A stretch of 63,368 nucleotides of DNA, counting the filler, from Actinomycetota bacterium (GTDB lineage Bacteria > Actinomycetota > Acidimicrobiia > IMCC26256 > VFJJ01), in NCBI GenBank assembly GCA_009886115.1. It is 6 parts of 6 records of this genome, joined end to end, with 100 filler letters (N's around TTAATTAATTAA, not from the genome) between each part and the next. Parts side by side here need not be neighbours in the genome. Positions count along the whole stretch, not along the records: positions 11,401 to 21,885 come from VFJJ01000208.1; positions 21,986 to 31,354 come from VFJJ01000126.1; 4 more parts are not named here. One strand, written 5' to 3'. Within the stretch, counting starts at the first letter, position 1. Every line of letters starts with the position of its first letter. Under the pieces are notes generated by a model that was not told the origin of the DNA, searched no databases, and worked only from the letters and a program-made list of their open reading frames with translations. This document shows positions 19,401 through 27,391 of this stretch, piece by piece. Both the position numbers and the translations under genes were made by a program.

Positions 19401-20328
19401 TGTGTCGGGGCCCATCGTCGGGATCGTCAACAACCTCGACGACGCCGTCGACGTCGTGGTCACCGGCCACACGCACCGGGCGTACAACTGCATCATCGAT
19501 GGGAAGGTGGTCACCAGCGCCGGTCAGAACGGACAGATACTGACCGACATCGACATGCAGATCGACCCGGCAACGGGTGACATGGTGAGCGCCGTGGCCC
19601 TCAACCGGTTGGTGACCAACACCGTCGCCAAGGACCCGGTCGAGACCGCCATCGTGACCAAGTACGAGACGCTCGTCACCCCGTTGGCGAACCGGCCCAT
19701 CGGGAACATCACGGCCACGATCACTCGGACGAACAACTCGGCCGGCGAGTCGGCCCTCGGTGACGTGATCGCGGACGCGCAGCTGGCGTCGTCGGCCGTG
19801 TCGGGCGGGGCTCAGATCGCCTTCATGAACCCGGGCGGAATCCGGGCCGACCTCACGTTCCCGCAGTCGCCTGCTGGTGAAGGCGACGGCGTGGTGACCT
19901 ACGGCGAGGCGTTCACGGTGCAGCCCTTCGGCAACAGCCTGGTGACCCTCACGCTGACGGGTGCGCAGATCGAGTTGCTCCTCGAGCAGCAGTGGTCGGC
20001 GATCCAGCCGTTCGCGCGGATCATGCAGGTCTCGGACGGCTTCACCTACGAGCACTCCTACGACGTGGGAGACCCGCTCGGCGGTGACTACATCGATCCG
20101 ACGTCGATCAAGCTGGGCGGCGTCACGATCGACCCGGGCACCAACTACCGGGTGAACGTCAACAACTTCATGGCCGCCGGGGGCGACAACTACACGGTGC
20201 TCCCGACGTTCGGAACCAACGTCATCGGTGGCGCCCAGGACATCGACGCCCTCGAGGACTACCTCTCCGCCAGCCCCGGCGGCGTGGCTCCGGGTCCGCA
20301 GAACCGGATCGTCGCCCTCCCCACCTGA
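16441..20328 (+). CDS. Secreted multidomain phosphatase: beta-propeller (choice-of-anchor I/alkaline-phosphatase-like) + phytase-like esterase + 5'-nucleotidase
   Basis: Signal peptide ending AQA; DPEPE, TANEG, KGTEPEG; DLEGI, GFEGV, GLSEI, NDNDG; NDFHG, AGDL, GNHEFD, GHTH, NPGGIRA. Confidence 0.88.
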   Translation: MNVRTGFGRNRHVQPRPRSGRRGVIAIAAAVTIASGAVLVPMAQADPPGTPRAAGPWFTPLSTFNTADLGSAGAEIVAATPDGKTLLVTSAPGASIGFVNITDPANPVADGFVSLGVAGQVEPTSVAVSPGGKWALATVIDSDAAQTPATGDSSHVAVIRMSDRSIVRTIPIGGEPDSIAMSATGRWAAIAIENEVSPAVPGFVAIIDILPANNPAAWAVRTVNVSGLAAINPADPEPESVKIASNNVAAVTLQENNHIVKINLANGAVIQHFSAGTVTHKADLLNDREILLDQQITNSPRIPDGIAWIDGSGLVTANEGESALSGGRGFTVFGAGGGVAFDPGVAFELEAVRHGHYPDARSAAKGTEPEGIDSGKWGTRNFLFVASERGNFLQVWRMGANRQAEFRQLLPTGAAPEGVLAIPGRNLVVTANEGDGTLSIFGGQNAWGTYPTIVSVDADPPVSQALPWSALSGFSAGTGDTVYSVSDSALGAVIGSPIYTMDSSVEPAVITQVQRLTQGGAKLSLDLEGIAVRLDGSGQPDAAGQGFWVVSEGSATTSNFLVRTNGDAQAQLTVQLPAAVAAQKIQWGFEGVTVTGSEATGNEQVYVAFQREWLDQQGTGMVRIGRYTPATGAWAFYAYPLDVANPVSTALAYGLSEITAIDDTTFMVIERDSVAGAAAAIKKVYSFSIDGVTPTTCPADPAPCPVNASSQVLAKTLLVDLIAEHGYRYEKVESIGLMADGQVLIVNDNDGFGKTQLLRLDGAALLAKLPVKVQLLGLNDFHGALKPTNLSGVPHGGVEYLSTWVKSLEATNPDNTVVVSAGDLIGASPLLSALFHDEPSIEAMNALGLDYNAVGNHEFDEGAAELLRMQSGGCHPTDGCLDGDPFAGADFEFLAANVSVDATGDPLFPAFKLRDVGSEKVAFIGMTLEATPSIVTPSGVAGLTFNDEADTVNALVPVLQGMGVESIVVLVHEGGVPTGGTINDCTGVSGPIVGIVNNLDDAVDVVVTGHTHRAYNCIIDGKVVTSAGQNGQILTDIDMQIDPATGDMVSAVALNRLVTNTVAKDPVETAIVTKYETLVTPLANRPIGNITATITRTNNSAGESALGDVIADAQLASSAVSGGAQIAFMNPGGIRADLTFPQSPAGEGDGVVTYGEAFTVQPFGNSLVTLTLTGAQIELLLEQQWSAIQPFARIMQVSDGFTYEHSYDVGDPLGGDYIDPTSIKLGGVTIDPGTNYRVNVNNFMAAGGDNYTVLPTFGTNVIGGAQDIDALEDYLSASPGGVAPGPQNRIVALPT

Positions 20329-20391
20329 TCCGGCCCCAAACCCTGCGCCCTCGGGTGCAGTCGTCGTAGGTACCCCAGCACCAGCGGGGAG

Positions 20392-20426
20392 CACGGAGGC
20401 CGGCGCAGAGTGCGCCGGCCTCCGTG
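20392..20426. terminator. Perfect 16-bp hairpin, probable terminator (no U tract)
   Basis: CACGGAGGCCGGCGCA-GAG-TGCGCCGGCCTCCGTG. Confidence 0.7.
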
Positions 20427-20461
20427 TCGCGCCGATGGGTCGGAGCAAGAGGCTCCGTCGA

Positions 20462-20492
20462 ACTTGAGTCAAGTACTATTGAGTGATATGAA
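20462..20492 (+). promoter_or_regulatory. ArsR operator/promoter
   Basis: Palindrome ACTTGA-G-TCAAGT overlapping TCAA-N6-TTGA; TTGAGT-N17-TATGAA 6 nt before ATG. Confidence 0.55.
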
Positions 20493-20498
20493 GCAGCG

Positions 20499-21167
20499 AT
20501 GCGAGCGCTGCCCACCATGTTCGAGCGAGCGGAGCGCCACGGCGCGTTGGGCGATCCGGTTCGGCTCGCCATCGTCGACGAGCTCACCCGTTCCGACCGG
20601 GCGTCGGTCGAGCTGCTGGCAGTTGCGGGTGTGGCGTCGAACCTGCTGGCGCATCATTTGGACGTGCTGGAGCGTGTCGGGCTGATCACCCGGTCCCGAT
20701 CAAGTGGTGACGGCCGCCGGCGCTATGTCCATCTCCGGCGGGATGCTCTGGTGGGGCTGGTTCCTGGTCGTCCGTTGCGTTCGAGCGCGGCCCTGTTCAT
20801 CTGCACCCGGAACTCGGCCCGTTCGCAGCTCGCCGCTGCTCTGTGGCGACACGTCACGAAGGAAGCGGCCACGTCCGCGGGGACCGATCCGGCCGACCGG
20901 GTGCATCCCGCTGCCGTGGCGGCAGCCCGTCGCGCGCACCTCGACCTGCCCGGTGCGGAGCCCCGGACGATTGCCGATGTCCTACAGCGGCCTCCGCTCG
21001 TGGTCACCGTGTGCGACCAGGCCCACGAGGACCTGGATGCTCCGCCGGAGTGGCTGCACTGGTCGATTCCCGACCCGGTGCCGGCGGGCACGAAGGCGGC
21101 GTTCGATGCTGTGGTCGTCGAGCTTCGCGAGCGGATCACCGCCCTGGTCGCCGGAGTCGAGCGGTGA
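20499..21167 (+). CDS. ArsR HTH fused to an LMW-PTP/ArsC-type arsenate reductase domain
   Basis: ALGDPVRLAIV..LLAHHLDVL; FICTRNSARSQ (CX5R); VTVCD; HWSIPDP. Confidence 0.9.
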   Translation: MRALPTMFERAERHGALGDPVRLAIVDELTRSDRASVELLAVAGVASNLLAHHLDVLERVGLITRSRSSGDGRRRYVHLRRDALVGLVPGRPLRSSAALFICTRNSARSQLAAALWRHVTKEAATSAGTDPADRVHPAAVAAARRAHLDLPGAEPRTIADVLQRPPLVVTVCDQAHEDLDAPPEWLHWSIPDPVPAGTKAAFDAVVVELRERITALVAGVER

Positions 21168-21885
21168 CCGATCTCGCGCACGAGCCCGAGACCGGGACCG
21201 GTCGACTCGACATCGAGCTGCACCGTCGACTGGTCGCCGAGGCGCTGGGAACGTGCTTGTTGATCGTGGCCGTCGTGGGCTCGGGGATCATGGCCAGCCG
21301 GTTGTCGCCCGACGACGTTGGCATCCAACTGCTGGAGAACGCCGCCGCCACGGCCGGTGCCCTGGTGGGACTGATCCTGATGTTCGGCGCAGTGTCGGGC
21401 GCTCATTTCAACCCGGCCGTCACGCTCCTCGATCGGCTCTTCGGCACGATGACCACCCGCGAGGCCGTGGCCTACATGGTGGCGCAGACGGTCGGGGGCT
21501 GCGCCGGTGCGGTGATCGCCAACGTGATGTTCGAGCTCCCGGCCATCGAGCTCTCGTCGAGATCGCGATCGTCCGGGGCGCTGTGGCTCTCGGAGGTTGT
21601 CGCCACCGTCGGGTTGCTGCTCGTGATCCACGGGTGTGTGCGGAGCGGACGGGCCAACGCGGTGGCCTTCGCCGTGGGCGCATGGATCGCCGGCGCCTAC
21701 TGGTTCACGTCATCGACGAGCTTCGCCAACCCGGCGGTCACCATCGCCCGAACCCTGTCCGACTCGTTCGCCGGGATCGAACCGGCGTCGGTGCCCATGT
21801 TCATCGTCATGCAGCTCGCCGGGACCCTGATCGCCTACGGCCTCATCCGGTTCCTGTACCCGCAACCCGGGTCCTCAACGGTCGA
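21164..21885 (+). CDS. MIP/aquaporin (AqpS-like arsenic channel), stop lost at contig edge
   Basis: SGAHFNPAVT and TSSTSFANPAVT. Confidence 0.9.
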
Positions 21886-21985
21886 NNNNNNNNNNNNNNN
21901 NNNNNNNNNNNNNNNNNNNNNNNNNNNNNTTAATTAATTAANNNNNNNNNNNNNNNNNNNNNNNNNNNNNNNNNNNNNNNNNNNN
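21886..21985. other. Artificial contig linker
   Basis: N run with TTAATTAATTAA. Confidence 0.98.
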
Positions 21986-22115
21986 CTCACGCTCGTGCCG
22001 GCGCGCGGGGCCGCAGTGTACCGACGGCTCAGTCTCCAAGCGCGGCAAGTGCCCGGCTGCATTCCGACTCGTGCCTCGGGCATCGGCGAGATAGTGCAAC
22101 GTGCCGGTCATCGGG

Positions 22116-22502
22116 TCATGACCGGAGGTCCCGCCAGCGCCACGACGACCCGTCGACGAGGAGCTCCGGGTCGCCGTTCCAGAGGGTGGCGTCGACGGCG
22201 ACGGTGAGCGCCGCAGCGAAGGCGTCGGCGTAGGCCATCGGGTGACCGGCCTTGATCCGGGCGGCGTCGATGACGAGCCGCTCGTCGGGGAGTCGAGCGT
22301 CGATCACGTCGCGCAGATCCCGAACCGTCTCGGTGGCGGCGTCCTCGCCGTGGAGTCGTCGCAGGACAGAGTGGACCTCACCGAGATTGATCCACGACAT
22401 CAGCGGCTTCTCCCGGCCGAGCAGGTCGCTGACAGCCTCGGCGGCAGGGCCGGCGTCCTCCAGGTAGCGAAGGACCGCCCACGAATCGAGGACCACGGTC
22501 AC
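22116..22502 (-). CDS. vapC: VapC PIN-domain toxin
   Basis: VLDSWAVL, INLGEV, AYADAFAAA, GDPEL. Confidence 0.9.
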   Translation of the reverse strand: MTVVLDSWAVLRYLEDAGPAAEAVSDLLGREKPLMSWINLGEVHSVLRRLHGEDAATETVRDLRDVIDARLPDERLVIDAARIKAGHPMAYADAFAAALTVAVDATLWNGDPELLVDGSSWRWRDLRS

Positions 22503-22729
22503 GGGGCAGCCTCGCGGACGCGGTCAGCGGCCCGTTCACGCTCGAGCTCGTGGGTCATCTCCGAAACCGGGAACCGCCCGCGGAGCGGGCGGCGATGGTC
22601 GGTCGGGCGGATGGCGACGTGGTCATCGTGGAGCCAGAAGTTGACCTCGTCACCTGGTTCGATGCCGAGCTGGTCTCGCAGCTCCTTGGGGATGACGACC
22701 TGCCCTTTGGCACCGACGCGGTGAGTCAT
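22499..22729 (-). CDS. AbrB/MazE/SpoVT-type antitoxin
   Basis: VGAKGQVVIPKELRDQLGIEPGDEV; TATACT -10 7 nt upstream (leaderless). Confidence 0.92.
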   Translation of the reverse strand: MTHRVGAKGQVVIPKELRDQLGIEPGDEVNFWLHDDHVAIRPTDHRRPLRGRFPVSEMTHELERERAADRVREAAP

Positions 22730-22767
22730 ACTGTGAAGTATAACCCACGAAAGCAGCCATCACACCG

Positions 22768-23670
22768 TCACACGGCCCGGCGGTGGCCGATCACGGGCTC
22801 GGTGGCGTCGAGGAACGAGCCGAGGACACGGGCGAAACGATCGGGGTGGCTCACGTGCAGGTAGTGGCCGGCGCCTTCGATGAGCTCGAGCCGTCCGCCC
22901 TGGAGGGCCTCATGGGCAGCGTGCGCATGGGCCACAGGGATGACCCGATCGTCGGTTCCCCATACGACCAGGCTCGGCCTCTCGCCCGCCAGGGCGAGTC
23001 GTTCGCCAGCGGACACCCGTTGCCCGCGGTGATCGATGACGGCGCGCACGGTGTGGATGAACGTCGCGCGGCGCCGGGGCTCGGACAGCGTCGCGAACGC
23101 CCGACACGTCTGCAGCAGGCTCCTGCTCGGCCTGATGCCGAGGGCCCGCATCCATGCTCCGATCGCGACACCGGCGGCGATCACGTGCCGATGGGCGAGC
23201 AGGGGGATCACAAGCTCGGAGCCGGGGAGCGCAGCAGCTCGGAGCGCGAGGCTGACCTCGGTTCCCAGCCCTCCGCTCGAGACCAGGACGAGCCGCTCGC
23301 ATCGCTGCGGGAACTGGTAGGCGAACTGCAAGGCGACTCCACCGCCGAACGAGTGCCCGACCAGGGTCGCCGAGTCGTGGCCGAGCCCATCGAGCAGGTC
23401 GCGGAGAACGCTGGCGTAGGCGCCGAGCGAGTAGTCGCCCGCCGGGCCTTGCGAGGATCCGTGCCCGGGCAGGTCGACCGTCACCACGGTGTAGCGCTTG
23501 GCGAGCTCGGGCACGATGGCGTCCCACGTGTACATCGTGCCGGCGAGACCGTGCACCAGCACGACCACCGGCCCGGAACCGATGTGGCGGTAAACGACCC
23601 GGCAACCGTGCAGCTCGATCGATTGGACGGCCATCACGGTTTGCTCGCCGAAGCGCATGCTCGTACCCAT
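22768..23670 (-). CDS. Alpha/beta fold hydrolase
   Basis: HGLAG, DLPGHG, GHSFGG, WGTDD, GAGHY. Confidence 0.92.
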   Translation of the reverse strand: MGTSMRFGEQTVMAVQSIELHGCRVVYRHIGSGPVVVLVHGLAGTMYTWDAIVPELAKRYTVVTVDLPGHGSSQGPAGDYSLGAYASVLRDLLDGLGHDSATLVGHSFGGGVALQFAYQFPQRCERLVLVSSGGLGTEVSLALRAAALPGSELVIPLLAHRHVIAAGVAIGAWMRALGIRPSRSLLQTCRAFATLSEPRRRATFIHTVRAVIDHRGQRVSAGERLALAGERPSLVVWGTDDRVIPVAHAHAAHEALQGGRLELIEGAGHYLHVSHPDRFARVLGSFLDATEPVIGHRRAV

Positions 23671-23676
23671 GCCCGG

Positions 23677-23730
23677 AGCCTAACGCTGACAGTAGTTACT
23701 GTCAAGATATCGCGCCAGTAACGACTGTCA
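23677..23730 (-). promoter_or_regulatory. Promoter TTGACA-N17-TAGGCT with palindromic operator and a second partial copy
   Basis: TGACAGTA-GT-TACTGTCA at 23687-23704; CAGTAACGACTGTCA at 23716-23730; -10 is 6 nt from ATG 23670. Confidence 0.75.
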
Positions 23731-23751
23731 TGGTTCTGCGATCGTGGTTGA

Positions 23752-24525
23752 ATGGCAGGCGTGAACAGCGAGCAGCACCACCCCAACCCCGTGGTCGAGT
23801 ACGGCTTGGTCGAGTTGGCCGAGGTGAGCGGTGTCAGCCAGCGGACCATTCGGTACTACCAGACCGAGCACGTGCTGGCGCCGCCCGCCAAGAAGGGCCG
23901 CGAGGCCGTGTACGGGCAAGAGCATCGAGACCGCCTGGGTCTCATCGCAGAGCTGCGCGACCGCGGCCTCACCTTGCAGACGATCCGGGAGCTGGTCACG
24001 ACCACCCACCCCACCCACACCGTGGCGGAGTGGCTCGGTGTCGACGCCACCTTGCGGGCACCTTGGTCGGACGATCGACCCGCCGCCCTGACCCACGACG
24101 AGCTCGTCGCCCTGGTGGCCGACACGGCCGACGTTCGACCCGGCCTCATCGCAGAGCTGCACGACGCCGGCTACGTGGAGTCGCGCCCCGACGGCACGTG
24201 GTTCATCCCCAGCCCGACACTGCTCGACCACGCGCTCCGTCTGCGCACCGGGGGTATCGACATCGAGGTGTCGGCGATGATCCGCGATCTGCTTCGCCGA
24301 CGGTTGTCGAAGGCCGTCGCCGACACCGTCAAGCTGCTCGTCGAGCGCTCGGGGAGCGGATTCGCCGGGGGCGCCACACCCGACGAGCTCGCGACCGCCG
24401 TGGGAGCCCTGAGGCCCATCGCCCGGGAGACCACAAGTGTGATCCTGGCCCAGGAGGTGGAACGCGCACTCGCCGAGCTGGTTCGCTCCGGCCCACGATC
24501 GCTGCAACGCGCTCGCCGACACTGA
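23752..24525 (+). CDS. MerR family transcriptional regulator
   Basis: ELAEVSGVSQRTIRYYQ..LRDRGLTLQTI. Confidence 0.9.
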   Translation: MAGVNSEQHHPNPVVEYGLVELAEVSGVSQRTIRYYQTEHVLAPPAKKGREAVYGQEHRDRLGLIAELRDRGLTLQTIRELVTTTHPTHTVAEWLGVDATLRAPWSDDRPAALTHDELVALVADTADVRPGLIAELHDAGYVESRPDGTWFIPSPTLLDHALRLRTGGIDIEVSAMIRDLLRRRLSKAVADTVKLLVERSGSGFAGGATPDELATAVGALRPIARETTSVILAQEVERALAELVRSGPRSLQRARRH

Positions 24526-24678
24526 TCGATGGATCCCGCGCTGGGCCGCCCCGCTGCGAGCTGACATCGACACTGGTCGTGGAATGGCCCGCATGTGGAC
24601 CAACGCACGACCAGCGCCGAGCCGACGACGCCAGCGAGCAGTTCACGCGGTCGCCCGGGCGGGCGCGGCGGGCCGGCA

Positions 24679-24730
<52 letters not shown>

Positions 24731-24743
24731 CTAGGTTCGGGCG

Positions 24744-25469
24744 ATGATCGAGCATCACGTCGACATCGCGACGAGTGACGGGGCGATGAACACGTTCATC
24801 ACCCACCCCGAGGAGGGCGGGCCGCATCCCGTGATCGTGTTCCTCATGGACGCGCCGGGCAAGCGCGAGGAGCTCCACGACATGGCCCGGCGGCTCGGCA
24901 CCGCGGGCTACTACGTCGTTCTCCCGAACCTGTACTACCGCTGGGAGCGGGAGTTCGACTTCGTGACCGGCACCCGGGGCGAGACCCGTGAGCGGATGTT
25001 CGAGCTCATGAGCACCCTCAGCGACGACATGGTCGCCAGCGACACCGAGGTCATGCTGGCCCACGCCGACAGCGACCCGAACGCGGACACGGCCAACGTG
25101 GGCTGCGTCGGCTACTGCATGAGCGGGCCGTTCGCCTTCGCCCTGGCCGGCATGCTCCCGGAGCGGATCAAGGCCGCAGCGTCCATCTACGGCGTGCGTC
25201 TCTTCGGCGAGGGCTCACCGGCGCATCTCGCCGGGAAGGTCAAGGGGGAGCTGTACTTCGCCTGTGCCGAGTTCGACGACTACGCGCCCAAGGAGATGGT
25301 CGACGGACTCGAGGCACACCTGCTGACCGTGTCCGCCCCGGCCCGGGTCGAGTGGTACCCCGGCACCCACCACGGCTTCGCGTTCACGCTGCGACCCGCG
25401 TACGACAAGGCCGCGGCCGAACGTCACTGGGAACGGATCCTGAGCCTGTTCGCCCGCACCCTCCGATGA
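24744..25469 (+). CDS. Dienelactone hydrolase family protein
   Basis: MDAPGKRE, VGYCMSG, YPGTHHGF. Confidence 0.92.
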   Translation: MIEHHVDIATSDGAMNTFITHPEEGGPHPVIVFLMDAPGKREELHDMARRLGTAGYYVVLPNLYYRWEREFDFVTGTRGETRERMFELMSTLSDDMVASDTEVMLAHADSDPNADTANVGCVGYCMSGPFAFALAGMLPERIKAAASIYGVRLFGEGSPAHLAGKVKGELYFACAEFDDYAPKEMVDGLEAHLLTVSAPARVEWYPGTHHGFAFTLRPAYDKAAAERHWERILSLFARTLR

Positions 25470-25497
25470 TCGCCGCCCGACGAAAGAGCCACCCGAG

Positions 25498-25924
25498 ATG
25501 ACCCGGAACCCTGCGGTGAGCGACCGCAACCTGATCGACCGGCTCGACGACCTCAACCTGGGACATCGAGGTCGTGGGCGATCCCACGGCCACGCTCTCT
25601 CCCACCGCCACCAGGCTGCTGATCGACAACCTCGAGATGATCGTCCGGTTCGCGGGGAAGTCGACGGGGACCCTGCAGACCGTCGAGGTGCACACGACCG
25701 ACCCCGAGCGCCACCTCGCCCTCACCATCGGGGTCGACGGGTGTTCGCTGGCCCCGAGCCCGTCGACCAGCGTCCCCGCGTCCCCCGGGACGCCCGATCT
25801 CGTCCTGCCGGCCGAGGCGTTCGTCCGCCTGGTCTACGGTCGCCTCGACGCCGACCACGCACCGCCCGTCACCGCCGAGGCCGCACTCCTCGATCGGCTG
25901 CGATGCACGTTCCCCGGGATCTGA
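25498..25924 (+). pseudogene. Internally deleted mycothiol-dependent maleylpyruvate isomerase (MDMPI)-family gene
   Basis: TWDIEVVGDPTATL..LPAEAFVRLVYGRLD..FPGI C-terminal half; N-terminal part missing or out of frame. Confidence 0.65.
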
Positions 25925-25988
25925 CGGCGCCGATCTGGCACACTGGGATTGCTCGTAGGTACCCGCTTCGACCGCACGGAAGGTGACG

Positions 25989-26462
25989 ATGCTCGCACTC
26001 GGTTCCCAGGCTCCGACGTTCTCGCTCCTCGACCAGGATCAGGCCACGGTCACGCTCGCCGACCAGGCCGGGACCTGGGTCGTCATGTGGTGGTACCCGA
26101 AAGCCTCGACACCCGGCTGAACCAAGCAGGGACAGGGGTTCCGTGATCGAACCCCAGAATTCAGTGCCGCCAGCGCCGTCATCATCGGCATGTCGTTCGA
26201 CACCCCAGCCGAGCAGAAGCACTTCGTCGACGAGCAGGGCTTCCCGTACCGTCTCCTGTGCGACACCGACCGCTCGGTCGGCGCCGCCTACGACGCGGTC
26301 AGGGGTCCGGACGAGAAGTACCCCGACTTCCCCCGTCGCATCACGTACCTGATCGACCCCAGCGGGACGATCGTCGCGACCTACGACCTCGAGGCCAGTG
26401 GCGCAGATCTGGCGAGCCACGCCTCTGATGTCCTGGCCGATCTGCGACGGCTCCAGGGGTGA
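25989..26462 (+). CDS. bcp: BCP/PrxQ-type peroxiredoxin, probable selenoprotein (Sec44 at TGA 26118-26120), 157 aa
   Basis: ATG 25989 MLALGSQAPTFSLLDQD..WWYPKASTPG-TGA-TKQGQGFRD..GMSFD..RRITYLIDPSG; TGA occupies the peroxidatic Cys of PxxxTxxC. Confidence 0.88.
26135..26155 (+). promoter_or_regulatory. Putative bacterial SECIS hairpin
   Basis: GGGGTTC-CGTGATC-GAACCCC 7-bp stem starting 14 nt after the in-frame TGA. Confidence 0.65.
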
Positions 26463-27391
26463 GATCAGGGCCCGCTCCGACCCGGACGACCCGCCCGCAC
26501 CGGGTGGGTCGCCCGGGGCCGGCTGGAGGCCGATGGGCCGGCGACACCCTGACGGCGCTCGAGCCGGTCCCCGATCTCGATCGCGACCCAACGGCCAGTT
26601 GGTCATCGACGAGTTGGTCAACGGGATGGTCCGCGAGCTCGGCAACCGTGTCGACAGAACCGACGGCGACGCCGACGCGGGCGACTGCGTCCACATCCAA
26701 CCATCGGCTCGTGTCGAGCGGCGGACTTCACCGATCGGTGCTCGATGGTCGCCACGGTGGCGGGGCCGGGGCGCTCGTCGAGCTCGGGTTCCCTTGCGTG
26801 GCCGACGACGCCACTGCGTTCGCCGAGCCCCGTTCCCGCGAGCGCCTCGACCGCTGGCGAGCACGCATCGACGCCATGGTCGATCGTGTCGTCGCCCGGC
26901 TCGATGCCACGTCGTTGGCCGGCGCGTCGTCGAGCGGGCTCGGCGGTCCCTGGTCTCCCACCCAAGGGTGGCCTCGGCGCGGATCGACCGTCGAGCGGAT
27001 CGTGCGCATCCCGCTGACGCACGTCATCGGCTGCGTGAGCGGGGGAGGTTCCTTCAGCGCGTTGCGCCTCGGGCCGATCTCGTCGACTCCTGTCGGCATC
27101 GACGGGCGGCTCGTGTCGAGCGGCCGGCTCCGAGTCCCCCGCACGATCGGCACGGTCGCCGTCGAGCTGCGACTCAGCCCGTACAGCTCGACCGCCAGCT
27201 TCGTCGAGCTGGTACTCGTGGGCCGCGGCCGATACCCCCGCCGTTACTGGACGTTCGGGCATGACGCCTTGAGCGCGTTCAAGCACGCGGCCGGCGCACA
27301 CCTGCCGCCTGAACTGAACGCCCGGAGCAGAAGCCCCGGCTACGCGAGCGGTCCGAGCACGTCGGTGTGGTCGACGATCTCGTACGCGTAG
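26459..27391 (+). CDS. Hypothetical protein (start uncertain)
   Basis: Open frame with GC3 bias from about 26700; no recognisable motif; overlaps the helicase 3' end. Confidence 0.4.
   Translation: MRSGPAPTRTTRPHRVGRPGPAGGRWAGDTLTALEPVPDLDRDPTASWSSTSWSTGWSASSATVSTEPTATPTRATASTSNHRLVSSGGLHRSVLDGRHGGGAGALVELGFPCVADDATAFAEPRSRERLDRWRARIDAMVDRVVARLDATSLAGASSSGLGGPWSPTQGWPRRGSTVERIVRIPLTHVIGCVSGGGSFSALRLGPISSTPVGIDGRLVSSGRLRVPRTIGTVAVELRLSPYSSTASFVELVLVGRGRYPRRYWTFGHDALSAFKHAAGAHLPPELNARSRSPGYASGPSTSVWSTISYA

Noticed and set aside
17560..20472. 970-aa antisense ORF and similar long shadow ORFs (e.g. 608-2581, 38148-40703, 43754-45769)
   Set aside because: Expected in high-GC DNA; Arg/Gly/Pro-rich, no motifs, and overlapping clearly identifiable genes
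26705..27124. 18-nt direct repeat CGGCTCGTGTCGAGCGGC (26705 and 27107)
   Set aside because: Only two copies inside a putative ORF, with no element structure between them
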